Assembly: GCF_040564635.1 (NCBI RefSeq)
Contig: NZ_CP159837.1
Coordinates: 163,801-227,800, forward strand
Reading direction: 5' to 3'
From: Planktothricoides raciborskii GIHE-MW2
GTDB lineage: Bacteria > Cyanobacteriota > Cyanobacteriia > Cyanobacteriales > Laspinemataceae
Length of the DNA stretch: 64,000 nt
Shown: in pieces, positions 19,919-30,937 of the stretch
Layout: every line of letters starts with the position of its first letter
Numbering within the stretch: the first letter of the stretch is position 1
Made by a program: the position numbers and the translations under genes
The notes under the pieces: model-generated
Seen by the model: only the letters and a program-made list of their open reading frames with translations
Told to the model about the DNA's origin: nothing
Databases searched by the model: none

Positions 19919-20376
19919 AATTTTACATTTTAGTTTACAAATTTTTACGCTTTAACTTTGCCGAACCACGATCTTTGATCCCCGATTCTTGAATCAAGAT
20001 TTTGGGGCATAAATAGTTAAAATATATGTATTTAGCGATCGAGTTTAGACAAAAGCGATCGAGGCGATAACCTTTAGTCACAAAAGAAAAGGGATAAATT
20101 TCAGATGGTCAACAATGGTGTTTTTAGCATTTAACTTGCTGACTCATCTGAGCGGTTACTAGATAAAAACTGAACAGTCACCGCAGGTTGGTCTGGATTT
20201 TGTGACAAAAAAGCCGCAATCACAGCTTGCATAGTATCACTTAGAGGATGTAATCCGGTGTTGAATTTACATTTTTGGCCTGAAAATCAAGGAAATTTGA
20301 CAGTAATAAACGAGATTATCAGGAGTATGCTTATGTAGAAGGATTCAAAATCAAAAACTTTCTGGGAGATATTTTT

Positions 20377-21411
20377 ATGAGAGCAAATAAATTTTCTATC
20401 TACCATAAAACCTTTGAGTGCAGACCTGATAGTTATTGGCAGTGGTATCAGCAAGGCAATGCTTTGCGGGATCTGGGGAAATACTGGGAAGCTTTGGATA
20501 GTTACAATAAAGCCCTGGAGTACCAACCGAACGATTATTGGGCTTGGTATCAACGGGGTCAGGTGTTTGATACTTTGGGCTGCTATGCAGAGGCGATCGC
20601 TTGTTTTGAGAATGCCCTGAAGACTAGACCTGGGGACTACTGGTGTTGGTATCAAAAAGCTTGTGTGATGCAACAGCAGGGGTTTTACTCGGAGGCGATC
20701 GCCTGTTTTGATCGAGCCTTGGAAGCGAAACCCGATGACTATTGGGCGTGGTATCGTCGGGCAGAAACCTTGAGAGAGTGCGATCGCTATGATGAGGCCG
20801 CCGAAAACTATCGCCAAGCCCTGAACTGCCGAAATAACCGAGATTATTGGGCGTTGTATCGCCTAGGACAAACCCTCTATCAGGCGGGTTCATACCCAGA
20901 AGCCCAGCAATACTTAGAACAGGCGATCGCCCTCAAACCCGGAGATGCTGAATGTTGGCACCTTCTGGGGAAATTGCTGGATATCCTCGGTGAAAGCCAT
21001 GAAGCCCTCGCTTGTTACGATCGCTCCTTGGAAATCAATTGCCTCGATCCGATCTGCTGGTATGACCGAGGGTTGACTTTGGTGGATCTGGAAGATTACG
21101 AAGCGGCGGCAGAATGTTATGAACATTCAATTGAACTCAACCCAGATAATTACTGGACTTGGTATCAATTGGCAAATGTGCTCAAGGATATGGGCTGCTA
21201 TGAAGATGCCCTGTCGATTTATAACAAAGCAATTAGTTTGCAACCGGATTGGTATCAGTGGCCAGAATTACAATCTTTGGCCAGTTGGATCTGGGAAGAA
21301 CGGGGGGAGGTTCTCCAGCAATTAGGTCGTGAGGAAGAAGCCCAGTTAAGTTTTGCTCAAGCCAGCGAAATTCAATCGGTGAAATTGAGCGACCGTGAAG
21401 CCAACAAATGA
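20377..21411 (+). CDS. TPR-repeat protein (Trp-rich DYWAWYQRG-type repeats)
   Basis: About nine 34-aa repeats with Y/W at the A-helix positions and a conserved AI.C(F/Y)D+AL. Confidence 0.7.
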   Translation: MRANKFSIYHKTFECRPDSYWQWYQQGNALRDLGKYWEALDSYNKALEYQPNDYWAWYQRGQVFDTLGCYAEAIACFENALKTRPGDYWCWYQKACVMQQQGFYSEAIACFDRALEAKPDDYWAWYRRAETLRECDRYDEAAENYRQALNCRNNRDYWALYRLGQTLYQAGSYPEAQQYLEQAIALKPGDAECWHLLGKLLDILGESHEALACYDRSLEINCLDPICWYDRGLTLVDLEDYEAAAECYEHSIELNPDNYWTWYQLANVLKDMGCYEDALSIYNKAISLQPDWYQWPELQSLASWIWEERGEVLQQLGREEEAQLSFAQASEIQSVKLSDREANK

Positions 21412-21505
21412 ATTGCGGTAATTGAGTATCTGCTCATTAAGAACTAAATGAACTTTGATGTCAGTTCTATACTCAGTTTAAAAATATCCTCCATGTTTTG
21501 GGAGG

Positions 21506-22405
21506 TTGAGTATGAACCTAAATCCAGCAGGATCATCATTAAAAAGTGAAGCAACTGAGCGATTAGAATTGACCCAAACCGCTCACGATTATTTAGACTG
21601 GTATCAACGGGCTACAGTGCTGCGTCATGGGAGACGATACTCAGAAGCCCTTGCCAGTTATGACCGGGCTTTAGAGTTACGACCGAATGATTATTGGGCT
21701 TGGTATTATCGCGGCAATGTGTTGGCAGATTTAAAGCGCTACTCAGAGGCGATCGCCAGTTATGATCGGGCTTTAGAGTTACGACCGAATGATTACTGGG
21801 CTTGGTATCATCGCGGCAATGCCTTGAGCGATCTGAAACGGAGTCACGAGGCGATCGCCAGTTATGATCGGGCTTTAGAGTTACGACCGAATGATTATTG
21901 GGCTTGGTATCAGCGGGGTAACGTTTTAGACGACCTGAGTTGTCCCGAAGAAGCGATCGCCAGCTATGACAAAGCGTTGGACATTAAACCCGATGATTAT
22001 TGGGCTTGGTATCGTCGCGCCGAAGTGCTCCGCCACGCTAAACGTTATCAAGAAGCCACTAAGAGCTACCGTAAAGCGTTAGATATTAGGGGGGATGATT
22101 ACTGGGCATGGTATCGTCTCGGTTTAACTTGGCAAGAGATCCAGGACTACCCCCAGGCGATCGCCTGCTTGAAAAAAGCCAGCGGGATCAAACCTCACGA
22201 TCCCAAAGTTCACTATCAAATTGCCTGCTGTTACGCTAGTGACGAAAGTATTGCCGATTATATCGATCACGTGGTGGAATTTTTACAAAATAGTCTATCT
22301 CTTGACTTTGATTTCTACCAAACTCAGGCGGCGAAAGAACCCAAATTTGCCAAAATTCGGGACGATCGCAGGTTTCATGCTTTAATGAATTCAAATAACG
22401 ATTAA
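21506..22405 (+). CDS. TPR-repeat protein (same Trp-rich subtype)
   Basis: YSEAIASYDRALELRPNDYWAWYHRGN is repeated about 6 times. Confidence 0.7.
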   Translation: MSMNLNPAGSSLKSEATERLELTQTAHDYLDWYQRATVLRHGRRYSEALASYDRALELRPNDYWAWYYRGNVLADLKRYSEAIASYDRALELRPNDYWAWYHRGNALSDLKRSHEAIASYDRALELRPNDYWAWYQRGNVLDDLSCPEEAIASYDKALDIKPDDYWAWYRRAEVLRHAKRYQEATKSYRKALDIRGDDYWAWYRLGLTWQEIQDYPQAIACLKKASGIKPHDPKVHYQIACCYASDESIADYIDHVVEFLQNSLSLDFDFYQTQAAKEPKFAKIRDDRRFHALMNSNND

Positions 22406-22488
22406 TCCCATCGCTCTAGACATAACAAACCCCCGGCTTTTTTAAGCAAGCCAGGGGTTGATTTATGGGGGCTAAAAAAGCCTTTCAG

Positions 22489-22989
22489 TTATAAGAAATA
22501 CCATAAGATTGCTGTGCCAAGAAACCAGATAGCGATCGCCAGGAAACTTTGTTGCAGTCTTTTTAATATCGGCTGAATCTGATAACTCACAATCAACTGA
22601 TCGCGAGTCAAAATTTCTGAAGTTTTCGTCCAAGATTGACCATCATACCAACCGGATTCCTCATAGGTGATGGTGGCACTTTGCAGGCGATCGCTCACAT
22701 ATTTCCAGCCTAAATAAAGCCGCAGCAGCACCAAAGCCACAAAGAACATCGCCCCAGCGGCGCCACCGAGGAAAAATGGCACCGGATATTTGCCGGGAGG
22801 GAAACTCGCCGCCGACACAGGCCCGGTGACGAACCAGCTAATCCCCCAAACCCAGGCTAGTTTCCGCAGATAAACCAGCCAACCTTGAGCCGTCCAGCCA
22901 AAAAACCATGACTCTTTTAGCTGTTCATATTCATTAATCGGCTGCTGTTCCAGTGGCACTGGACAGGTAGACAACCCTGCATCCCTCAT
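22489..22989 (-). CDS. DUF1230 (CGLD27-like) conserved cyanobacterial/plastid membrane protein
   Basis: W-rich TM protein. I moved the start to the internal Met MRDAG (the ORF-track start at 23118 would overlap rsfS by 130 bp); this gives an ATGA overlap with the rsfS stop. Confidence 0.45.
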   Translation of the reverse strand: MRDAGLSTCPVPLEQQPINEYEQLKESWFFGWTAQGWLVYLRKLAWVWGISWFVTGPVSAASFPPGKYPVPFFLGGAAGAMFFVALVLLRLYLGWKYVSDRLQSATITYEESGWYDGQSWTKTSEILTRDQLIVSYQIQPILKRLQQSFLAIAIWFLGTAILWYFL

Positions 22990-23435
22990 GGTGCGATCGC
23001 TCCCGTGGCAAAAGGAACTCGTTCCGCGTGACTCCAGAACGCCTCTAAATTGTAGTATTCTCGTTCTTTGGGCATAAAAATATGCACGATCACATCCCCG
23101 TAATCCTGCACTAGCCAATTGCCGCTATCTTGTCCTTCTTGACGCAACGGTTCACGGACGCATTCTTCAGCGGCGCTGTGTTTAATCGCGTCGGCGATCG
23201 CCCGGACTTGGACTCGGGAAAACCCGGTGACAATCACAAAATACTCAGCCAGATAAGAAACATCGGCGACGTGCAATAAGACAATATCACCGCCTTTGCG
23301 ATCGTCCGCAGCGCGGGCAATGGTTTCAGCCAATAAGCGACTTTGCTCCTGTCTCCCGCCACGCCAACCTTTATTTTGCTCGGAGTGGATGGGAGAAACT
23401 TGCGTTTGGGGATATTCTGTCATGAAATCTTCCAT
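22986..23435 (-). CDS. rsfS: Ribosomal silencing factor RsfS (Iojap family)
   Basis: DIVLLHVADVSYLAEYFVIVTGFSRVQVRAIADAI...SGNWLVQDYGDVIVHIFMPKEREYYNLE fits the RsfS family. Confidence 0.8.
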   Translation of the reverse strand: MEDFMTEYPQTQVSPIHSEQNKGWRGGRQEQSRLLAETIARAADDRKGGDIVLLHVADVSYLAEYFVIVTGFSRVQVRAIADAIKHSAAEECVREPLRQEGQDSGNWLVQDYGDVIVHIFMPKEREYYNLEAFWSHAERVPFATGAIAP

Positions 23436-23687
23436 TAATAATGTTACACAGGTTTACAGAAATGTTTTCAATCGTGCTGCTACGCCTTGATGTCGTTTTG
23501 TTTGTGAGAGTTTTAGGCAACTTCAAACCTAAATCTGCCGGAACACTGAAAAGTTTTACACACTATCGTAACAAATTCTTAGGCAGTCTCGGCGATCGCC
23601 CTTTAATCGCCCCTTAATTGCCTCTTTTGGTTCAATAATTAGGGCGTGACTGTTTTTCCGTGGCCATTAACAGCGCCCAATTTCTAG

Positions 23688-24164
23688 TCATAATGGTTCA
23701 TCGATTTCAATTCCTTCCGCATTGAGGGATAAGCTGCCCTGAGTCACCAGCTTTTCCCCAACCGACAACCCTTGAGTCACCGAAATCAACTCCCCTTGGG
23801 TTGCACCCGTTGTCACTTCCAACGGCTCATAAAAATTCTCATATTGGACAAAAACAAACTGCTTGCCGTCCGCATCAACTAAGGCAGTAAAGGTAATCAT
23901 CACTCCAGAGCCCTAAGCAGTCGTAGCGTTGATCGGTGTAACAACAATGCCCAACATTTGAGCGGTTTTCGGGTTAACCTGCACTCGCTCAATTCCCCCG
24001 GTTGCCTGAAACTCATCCCCATGACCGATATGGCACATCGCCCGCCTGGGGAACAGATAACAAGAAAGAAGATTGTGATCGGGAAAGCCTCCACAAAAGC
24101 TTTTTGGTTGTAACCCATGGTTCACTGACTCCAGGTTGATATCGGTCTTAGTCTGCCAGAGCAC
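23688..24164 (-). pseudogene. Possible remnants of an efflux membrane-fusion protein (HlyD-like) gene
   Basis: The 71-aa ORF ...DGKQFVFVQ...EPLEVTTGATQGELISVTQGLSVGEKLVTQGSLSL resembles an MFP C-terminus. The upstream fragment is in another frame. Confidence 0.3.
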
Positions 24165-24306
24165 AGATGAAATCCCGGTGAAAAAGCCTTGGTGTGAGTA
24201 AAATCAATCTCGTAGTTAATATCTCTGGCGTGATGTGAATTTTGTCTTTTCCACAAATCAACCTTTATGCTAGAGGCATTCATTTATTGATTTTAGATAG
24301 CTCACC

Positions 24307-25638
24307 ATGTCTTCGATCGCCTTTGAAATTCTACTAATTGTGATGCTAACCATTGCCAATGGGATTTTTTCAGGCTCAGAGATTGCAGTCGTTTCTGCCC
24401 GCAAAGTCCGCTTAGAGCAATTAGCAGACCGAGGCAACCGTAAGGCACAAGTTGCCCTGAAACTGGCCAATTCCCCCAATGATTTTCTCTCAACGGTGCA
24501 AATTGGGATTACTTTGATTGGCATTCTAAGTGGCGCGGTGGGCGGTGCCACGATCGCTCAACGCTTAAAACCCCTATTTGAGAGCATTCCTATTTTGCAA
24601 CCATACAGCGAGGGAATCAGCGTTGTCATCGTGGTGACAATTATCACTTATCTTTCGCTGGTAATTGGGGAATTGGTGCCAAAACGGATTTCCCTCAATA
24701 ATCCAGAACAAATTGCCTGTATGGTTGCCCCACCGATGCGGCTTCTTTCCCGTTTGACCGCACCGCTTGTGCATATTTTGGGTGTTTCAACGGATGCCTT
24801 GCTCAACCTACTGGGGATTAAAGCTTCAGACGAGCCCAATATTACCGAGGAAGAAATTAAAGTATTGATTCGCCAAGGTGCCGACTCTGGGGTATTTGAG
24901 CCAGCAGAGCATGAGATGGTGGAGCGAGTTTTTCGCCTGGGCGATCGCCCCATCAAAGCAATAATGACGCCTCGAACTGAAATTGACTGGTTAGATATTG
25001 AATCCTCTTTAGAGGAAAATTTACAAGAAGTAATCGCCAGCAACCACTCTCGCTTTCCCGTTGGGCGGGGTAGTTTAGATGAATGTATTGGAGTCATCCG
25101 TGGCAGTCATTTGTTAACTGCCCAATTATCTGGTCAAGCCCTCAGCCTGGAAGAGATCATTCAACCACCTCTATATGTGACAGAAAGCGCCCGTGCGCTT
25201 TCTGTCATAGAACAGTTCAAGAAAACCGGGGTTCATATTGCGATGGTGACAGATGAATATGGTGGAGTTGAAGGCTTGGTGACTCTAAATGATTTGATGG
25301 AAGCGATCGTTGGTGATTTGCCTTCCCTAGAAGACCAAGAAGAACCTCTGATTATTCAACGGGAGGATGGTTCCTGGTTACTCGATGGTTCTCTTGACAT
25401 CCATGATTTGAAAGACCTGCTGGAAAAAGAGTCATTGCCCGACGAAACAACGGGCAGTTTCCACACCCTTGGTGGGTTTGTGATGCATTTCCTGGGATAT
25501 ATTCCCCAATCCGGTGAATATTTTCAGTGGAGTGGACTCCGCTTTGAAGTGGTGGATATGGACGGTACAAGGGTGGATAAGGTTTTAGTGATGCGATGTG
25601 TTTCGGAGAATGCGATTCCAGAAAATCATTCTGATTAA
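24307..25638 (+). CDS. CNNM/HlyC-CorC family transporter (DUF21 TM domain, CBS pair, CorC_HlyC domain)
   Basis: N-terminal 4-TM DUF21-like region, CBS-like repeats, and a C-terminal ...GGFVMHFLGYIPQSGEYFQWSGLRFEVVDMDGTRVDKVLV transporter-associated domain. Confidence 0.8.
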   Translation: MSSIAFEILLIVMLTIANGIFSGSEIAVVSARKVRLEQLADRGNRKAQVALKLANSPNDFLSTVQIGITLIGILSGAVGGATIAQRLKPLFESIPILQPYSEGISVVIVVTIITYLSLVIGELVPKRISLNNPEQIACMVAPPMRLLSRLTAPLVHILGVSTDALLNLLGIKASDEPNITEEEIKVLIRQGADSGVFEPAEHEMVERVFRLGDRPIKAIMTPRTEIDWLDIESSLEENLQEVIASNHSRFPVGRGSLDECIGVIRGSHLLTAQLSGQALSLEEIIQPPLYVTESARALSVIEQFKKTGVHIAMVTDEYGGVEGLVTLNDLMEAIVGDLPSLEDQEEPLIIQREDGSWLLDGSLDIHDLKDLLEKESLPDETTGSFHTLGGFVMHFLGYIPQSGEYFQWSGLRFEVVDMDGTRVDKVLVMRCVSENAIPENHSD

Positions 25639-25736
25639 ATGGATTTCGGCGAATTGTCGGTGTGGCTGAAATGAAATTCAGATGAAATGGCCAATGTTTG
25701 GATAAAATCAACCCCGTGGTTGATTTCCGTGAATCG

Positions 25737-26505
25737 ATGCGAATTTTACTGGTGGAAGATGAGACAGATTTAGGACTGGCAATTAAGCAAGTTCTGATGG
25801 AGGAGAAATATGTGGTGGATTGGCTGACCGATGGTGCTCGGGCATGGGACTGCATCGAAAGCCAATGAACAGATTACACCGTGGCGATATTGCATCCGCA
25901 ACGCTTCGCGAACGTGGATTGGCTGCTTCCAGGGTTATCGGGTATTGAGTTGTGTCAAAGACTCAGATTGCATAAAAATCCTTTACCCGTGCTGATGTTG
26001 ACCGCATTGGGACAGCCGGAAAATCGGGTAGCGGGGTTAGATGCGGGAGCCGATGACTATTTAGTCAAACCCTTTGTGATCGAAGAATTGCTGGCACGAT
26101 TGCGGCCACGATTGCGGCGATTCCCTCGCCTGAGCAACGCGCGATCGCCCCAGCTACAACCTCTAACCTTGACGGTGGGATGGTTTACCCTCGATCATGG
26201 GAACAATCAGTTATTGGTTCAACGAGGCGAACGACCGCTCGCGATCGTTCCTTTAACCATCAAAGAATTTCAGGTACTTGCCTATTTGATGCAAAATCCC
26301 AGTCGAATTATTTCCGGCAGCAAAATTCGCCAGCAACTTTGAGATATCGATGAAGAACCCATTAGTAATGTTGTCGCCGCCCAAATGCGACTGTTGCGGC
26401 GGAAATTCGCCAGCTATCATTGTGATTGCCCGATCGCGCGAAAGCTCAGGCGAGGGAATCGAAACCGTTGCCGGTCAAGGCTATCGCTTTACTTTGAAAC
26501 CATGA
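25737..26505 (+). pseudogene. Decayed OmpR-family response regulator (receiver plus winged helix) with frameshifts and an inserted repeat
   Basis: The receiver start MRILLVEDETDLGLAIKQVLMEEKYVVDWLTDG is followed by a stop. The receiver continuation (...LMLTALGQPENRVAGLDAGADDYLVKPF) and the DNA-binding tail (...VAGQGYRF) lie in different frames. The 27-bp CGCGCGAAAGCTCAGGCGAGGGAATCG is duplicated at 26440 and 26575. Confidence 0.7.
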
Positions 26506-26715
26506 AAACCATGAGTAGCCATTAGATCAACAAAGCCGGATTTTTGAGCGGTTTTATCGCGTCGATAGCGATCGCGCGAAAGCTCAGGCGAGGGAATCGC
26601 TCTCGCCAAACTGGTGGCACTGGATAGGGTTAGCCATTGCCCAGGCGATACAGCACTTGGCGATATTATGAGGTCCAATCAAGAGGAAGTGAAAAACAGA
26701 TAATCGTGAAATCTG

Positions 26716-26985
26716 ATGAAATCGTATTCCGTTGACCTCCGCTCAAAAATAGTAGAAGCGCACTTGACCCAAAAAATATCAATCAGAAAAGTAGCCCAAA
26801 TATTTGCTTAGTATTTTGTGCAAAAAATAGTTAAGCAACAACGAACCGAAGGAAATGTGCTTCCCAAAAAAAGGGGTAAACCTCGATTCAGTCAGTTGAG
26901 TGATGCGGAAGAAACAGTCCGAGCATTAATCGCTGAATATCCCGATGCGACTTTAGCAGAATTACAGCACTTTTCGATATTATGA
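26716..26985 (+). pseudogene. IS630/Tc1-family transposase N-terminal (HTH) fragment with an internal stop
   Basis: MKSYSVDLRSKIVEAHLTQKISIRKVAQIFA*...RGKPRFSQLSDAEETVRALIAEYPDATLAELQ. The fragment is flanked by near-identical ACAGCACTT..CGATATTATGAGGT sequences at 26648 and 26958. Confidence 0.6.
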
Positions 26986-27056
26986 GGTACGTTATATCCC
27001 CCCTAGCCCCCTTCGATCGCCTGCAGCTTTCGGCCCGCCATCGGCTTTGTCCCCCC

Positions 27057-28735
27057 CCCTTTTAAGCTATGCCTTACTCACATATTTCTTAACAATCGAG
27101 AAAGCATAGCCTGCCTGGGGTTGAGCGTGGTTACGAAACTTAACACATATTTAGGGTGGTGAGAATCCCGCGCTCAACCAAATCTGGCTAAACTATAAGT
27201 CCAAAGCGGGGATAAATCTCTACCACTCGCGCTTCAATTCCGGCAATTGTGCCGGAATTGAAGCTCTGAAAAATTGAGGATAAAGTATGGATTCTTGGGC
27301 AAAAGAGGAACTTCAATATGCGGACTTGGGTGATGCCCGTCGGAATCGGCGATTGGTCAAGATTGTGTCCGATTTAGTCGCCCAACCGAATAGCAGCGTC
27401 CCACAAGCCTCGGGAAATTGGGCAGCCACTCAAGGAGCATACGATTTTTGGGGGAATCCCAGAGTGAAAGCAGATGATATTAGAAAAGCACATCAATGTA
27501 GTACCATCTACCGAGTCGAACAACAGCAGGTTGTTTTAGCGGTTCAAGATACTACAGAACTCAACTTCACCCATCATCCGGGCAAAAAAGGAATGGGCTA
27601 TTTGGACTCATCCAAGAGTCGGGGGTTAAAAGTACATTCTACATCAGCTGTGTCAGCAGTTCGGGAGTGCCATTAGGTCTATTAAACCAGCAAGTTTGGG
27701 TGAGAGAGGATCAAGATTTAGGCAAAAAACATCTTCGACACAAAAAAAATATTCAAGAAAAAGAAAGCCAACGATGGATTACCGCCTTGGCTGAAACCCA
27801 GACGGCGATCCCCCTTGCAACTACAGTGGTGACTGTGGCCGACCGCGAAGCCGACATCTATGATTTATTGATTACCCCGAGAAGCGTCAATTCTCATCTA
27901 CTGATTAGGGCGTCCCATAATCGCGCCGTGTCATCCCTGGAACCTAGTGCGCCGAAGGGTCAGCGATTGTTAGACCGGCTGCATCAGTGTCCGGAAATGG
28001 GACAAATAACCATTGAAATTCACCCCCAGGCAGACAAAGAGCCTCGTCAGGCCATTTTGACCATTCGGGCTACTTCTGTAGAAATTCAGCCCCCTTTAGG
28101 ACACCCTAACTATCAACAATTATCACCGATGACAATCCAAGTCATTCAGGCCAGGGAAGAAAATCCCCCAACTGGTGTCAAGCCAGTCAGTTGGTTATTA
28201 TTAACCACTTTGCCCATTACTGGTTTGACGGATGCCTTGCAGTGTTTGCGCTGGTACTCTGATCGATGGTTAATTGAACGATATCATTATGTCCTCAAAA
28301 GCGGCTGTCGTCTTGAGCAACTACAGCTAGAAACTGCTGACCGAATTGAACGAGCCTTGGCCACTTATAGCATAGTGGCTTGGCGCTTGTTGTGGCTAAC
28401 ATTAGAAGCTCGTTACAATCAGTCGGCTCTGGCTGACACAGTGTTTCAGAGCTATGAGTGGAAAGCTCTGTACTGTTATGTAAACTCAACCCCTATACCC
28501 CCTGAAACCCCGCCCACTTTGAATCAATGTGTTCGTTGGATTGCGAAGTTGGGTGGTTTTTTAGGACGCAAGGACGATGGTGAACCGGGCGTTAAAACGA
28601 TTTGGTTGGGTCTACGACGACTTGATGACATTGCGAGTACATGGAAGCTACTTTATGGGATTACTTAAGCGGATGTCAAGCATAATTATGTTAAGAAATA
28701 TGTGAGTAAGGATAAGCCCTTTTAAGGGGGGCTAG
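27057..28735 (+). mobile_element. IS4-family (IS50/Tn5-like) insertion sequence with about 36-bp terminal inverted repeats
   Basis: IR-L TTTTAAGCTATGCCTTACTCACATATTTCTTAACA (27057-27092) pairs with IR-R TGTTAAGAAATATGTGAGTAAGGATAAGCCCTTTTAA (28698-28735). The boundaries are approximate because CCCCCTAGCCCCC flanks both sides. Confidence 0.7.
27287..28668 (+). CDS. IS4-family DDE transposase, split into two overlapping ORFs by a frameshift near 27667-27676
   Basis: The N-terminal ...LGDARRNRRLVKIVSDL... resembles the Tn5 Tnp N-domain. The second ORF carries the DDE region. Together they total about 460 aa, the length of an intact Tn5-like Tnp. Confidence 0.65.
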
Positions 28736-29266
28736 GGGGTATCCCCCGCTGGCGCGGGGGCAGGCTTAATGTACCTTATTACATCGCCAAGCGCTGTATG
28801 AGATCGCCCCTCTCCAGAGCCTCCATTTTTAAGGGGGAGTTGGGGGTATTGAATAACATTGGTAATCGTAACTCCCCAATAAAAATATGCGATCGCTGTA
28901 TAACAAATAGGGAATCGCTGTGCCACGGGCGATTGGCACCCGGACTTTACTCAGCAAGAGATATTCTTACACATTCACAGACAGCTTTCCAATCACGTTC
29001 TCAAATATGACCAATCAGGATTAAATTCGCAGCAGGAGGTAATGTGACAATGACGCTAAGAAATACAGATGGAATCAGTAAACTGCTGACCAATCTTGAA
29101 TGACATCATCAGTGACACCCAGTCCCTTGGTTTGAGTTGCGATCGTTTCCACTATGGAGAGTTGCATGATAGGTGCTAGAGGATAAAACCACAGCAGGAC
29201 GACGTTTAATTTCTTGGACTCCAGGAAATTCCACTGTGACGACATCACCAGGATTAAAAGACACTG

Positions 29267-29485
29267 TTAAATCTCCTCATTATCGGCAAATAAATTAGCG
29301 GCATATTGTAAGGAAAATGCGGTTATGTCAAGCTGATATTGTTCAGTCCAAGTATTACTTTCATCAAGTACCGCCATGTTTTGGTGACTGAGATATTTTA
29401 AAATCATAGGGGCGAAACGCAGGCGATCGCTAACTGATAGCGTTCCTTCCAACGATATTATGGTAAATATTTGTAATTTTTTCAC
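29267..29485 (-). CDS. Hypothetical small protein (72 aa)
   Basis: ORF only; no recognisable family. Confidence 0.2.
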   Translation of the reverse strand: MKKLQIFTIISLEGTLSVSDRLRFAPMILKYLSHQNMAVLDESNTWTEQYQLDITAFSLQYAANLFADNEEI

Positions 29486-29912
29486 GGCATTTAGCAGATA
29501 TATTTCCCGATCGCCATCATCCTAAAAACCATCCGTTATCTATTAACCATCCGTTATCTATTAACCATCCGCTGCCCACCATTATTCAATTAAACCAAAT
29601 AAATTTGCCAAAAATAAAACTAGATTATATGGGCAAAGATATTATATCAATCAACAAAATTATCGGATTATATAATATAATTTGCCCATTTTTGCCGTAT
29701 GCTGGTTTGTTGAATAAGTAGACAAAATTATCAACTCATAGATATAATTTGACCAGCCTAACAGATACCGATTAAAATCGTTTGGGACAAAAATACTTGG
29801 CATCGATGATATAGCCGTTTTCTTTTCGTTGAGGTACTATTTCTGGATTCCCGTTTTCAACTGACAGGTTGTCGGATGTACCTCATATATTCGAGCGACG
29901 CTATATATACTA

Positions 29913-30680
29913 TTATTTTGGCGGACGGACTTTTTTTGGTCGCCATCCGCCTTTAAATCCAGTCCACCCAATTGTTAAATAACAACTGGCTAAGAGTAAA
30001 CAACTAATTCCCACTCGCCATAGAGATTTTAAAGTCCCAACTTTTGATCGCTCTTCTGAGGCTTTTTTTCGGTCTTCTATCTGTTTTTCTAAATTAGCTC
30101 GAACTGTAGCCATTTGGATTTTAAAGGCATTAGGATCATCTTTAAACTTTTGTAATCTGGCTAATTCATCAGCACTTAAATTGCCTTGCTTGACATAATT
30201 ATCTAAGTCCGGCTGAGTGGCTAATAAATCTCGCAGTTGAGTGGCCTGTTCTGCCAGCCTAATTTCTAATTGTTGTTTGGCATCTTTGGCTTCTTTGTTG
30301 ATTTGCTCAATAGTTTGATTTCTGGCTTTAACTACATTACTCATATGAATGGGAGCAATTGCCAGAAACACCAACCCTAAAATAGTAGAAATTAAAAATA
30401 CCCAAAATTTTAAATCAATACCCGGTTTGGGCTTTATCTCGCTACTACTCCCTAGATTTTCAAAGGCATAGCCGCTAAAAACTAAAGCCATTCCCAACAT
30501 GGGGACAATTCCTCGATCGACCATTTCGGTGGTGATCTTGAGTGACCACTCAACCCCAGAACTTATCGGAATTGGCAATAATATAAAGTCCAGCAAAGAA
30601 ATAAGAATCATGGCCATCCCTGCCAATTTGAGAAATCGGGCGGCTTGTAGGGTAATCGGAAGAGGTGTTCTTGCTTTCAT
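29913..30680 (-). CDS. Hypothetical membrane protein with a central coiled coil (conserved cyanobacterial type)
   Basis: TM segments at both ends and a K/E-rich coiled coil in the middle. I moved the start to the internal Met MKARTPLP at 30680; the longer ORF-track start would fall inside the microsatellite. Confidence 0.45.
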   Translation of the reverse strand: MKARTPLPITLQAARFLKLAGMAMILISLLDFILLPIPISSGVEWSLKITTEMVDRGIVPMLGMALVFSGYAFENLGSSSEIKPKPGIDLKFWVFLISTILGLVFLAIAPIHMSNVVKARNQTIEQINKEAKDAKQQLEIRLAEQATQLRDLLATQPDLDNYVKQGNLSADELARLQKFKDDPNAFKIQMATVRANLEKQIEDRKKASEERSKVGTLKSLWRVGISCLLLASCYLTIGWTGFKGGWRPKKVRPPK

Positions 30681-30745
30681 CAGTAATAGACTCTGAGGTA
30701 TTGATGGTCTAAAATATCTCTCAGTATATCTTCTGCGTGTCAGCC

Positions 30746-30937
30746 GCCCATCAGCCATCAGCCATCAACCATCAGCCATCAACCATCAGCCATCAGCCAT
30801 CAGCCATCAGCCATCAGCCATCAGCCATCAGCCATCAGCCATCAGCCATCAGCCATCAGCCATCAGCCATCAGCCATCAGCCATCAACCATCAACCATCA
30901 ACCATCAGCCATCAGCCATCAGCCATCAACCATCAAC
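30746..30937. repeat. Heptanucleotide microsatellite (CAGCCAT/CAACCAT)x about 27
   Basis: Seen directly. It creates a spurious (AISHQPS)n ORF on the plus strand. Confidence 0.95.
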
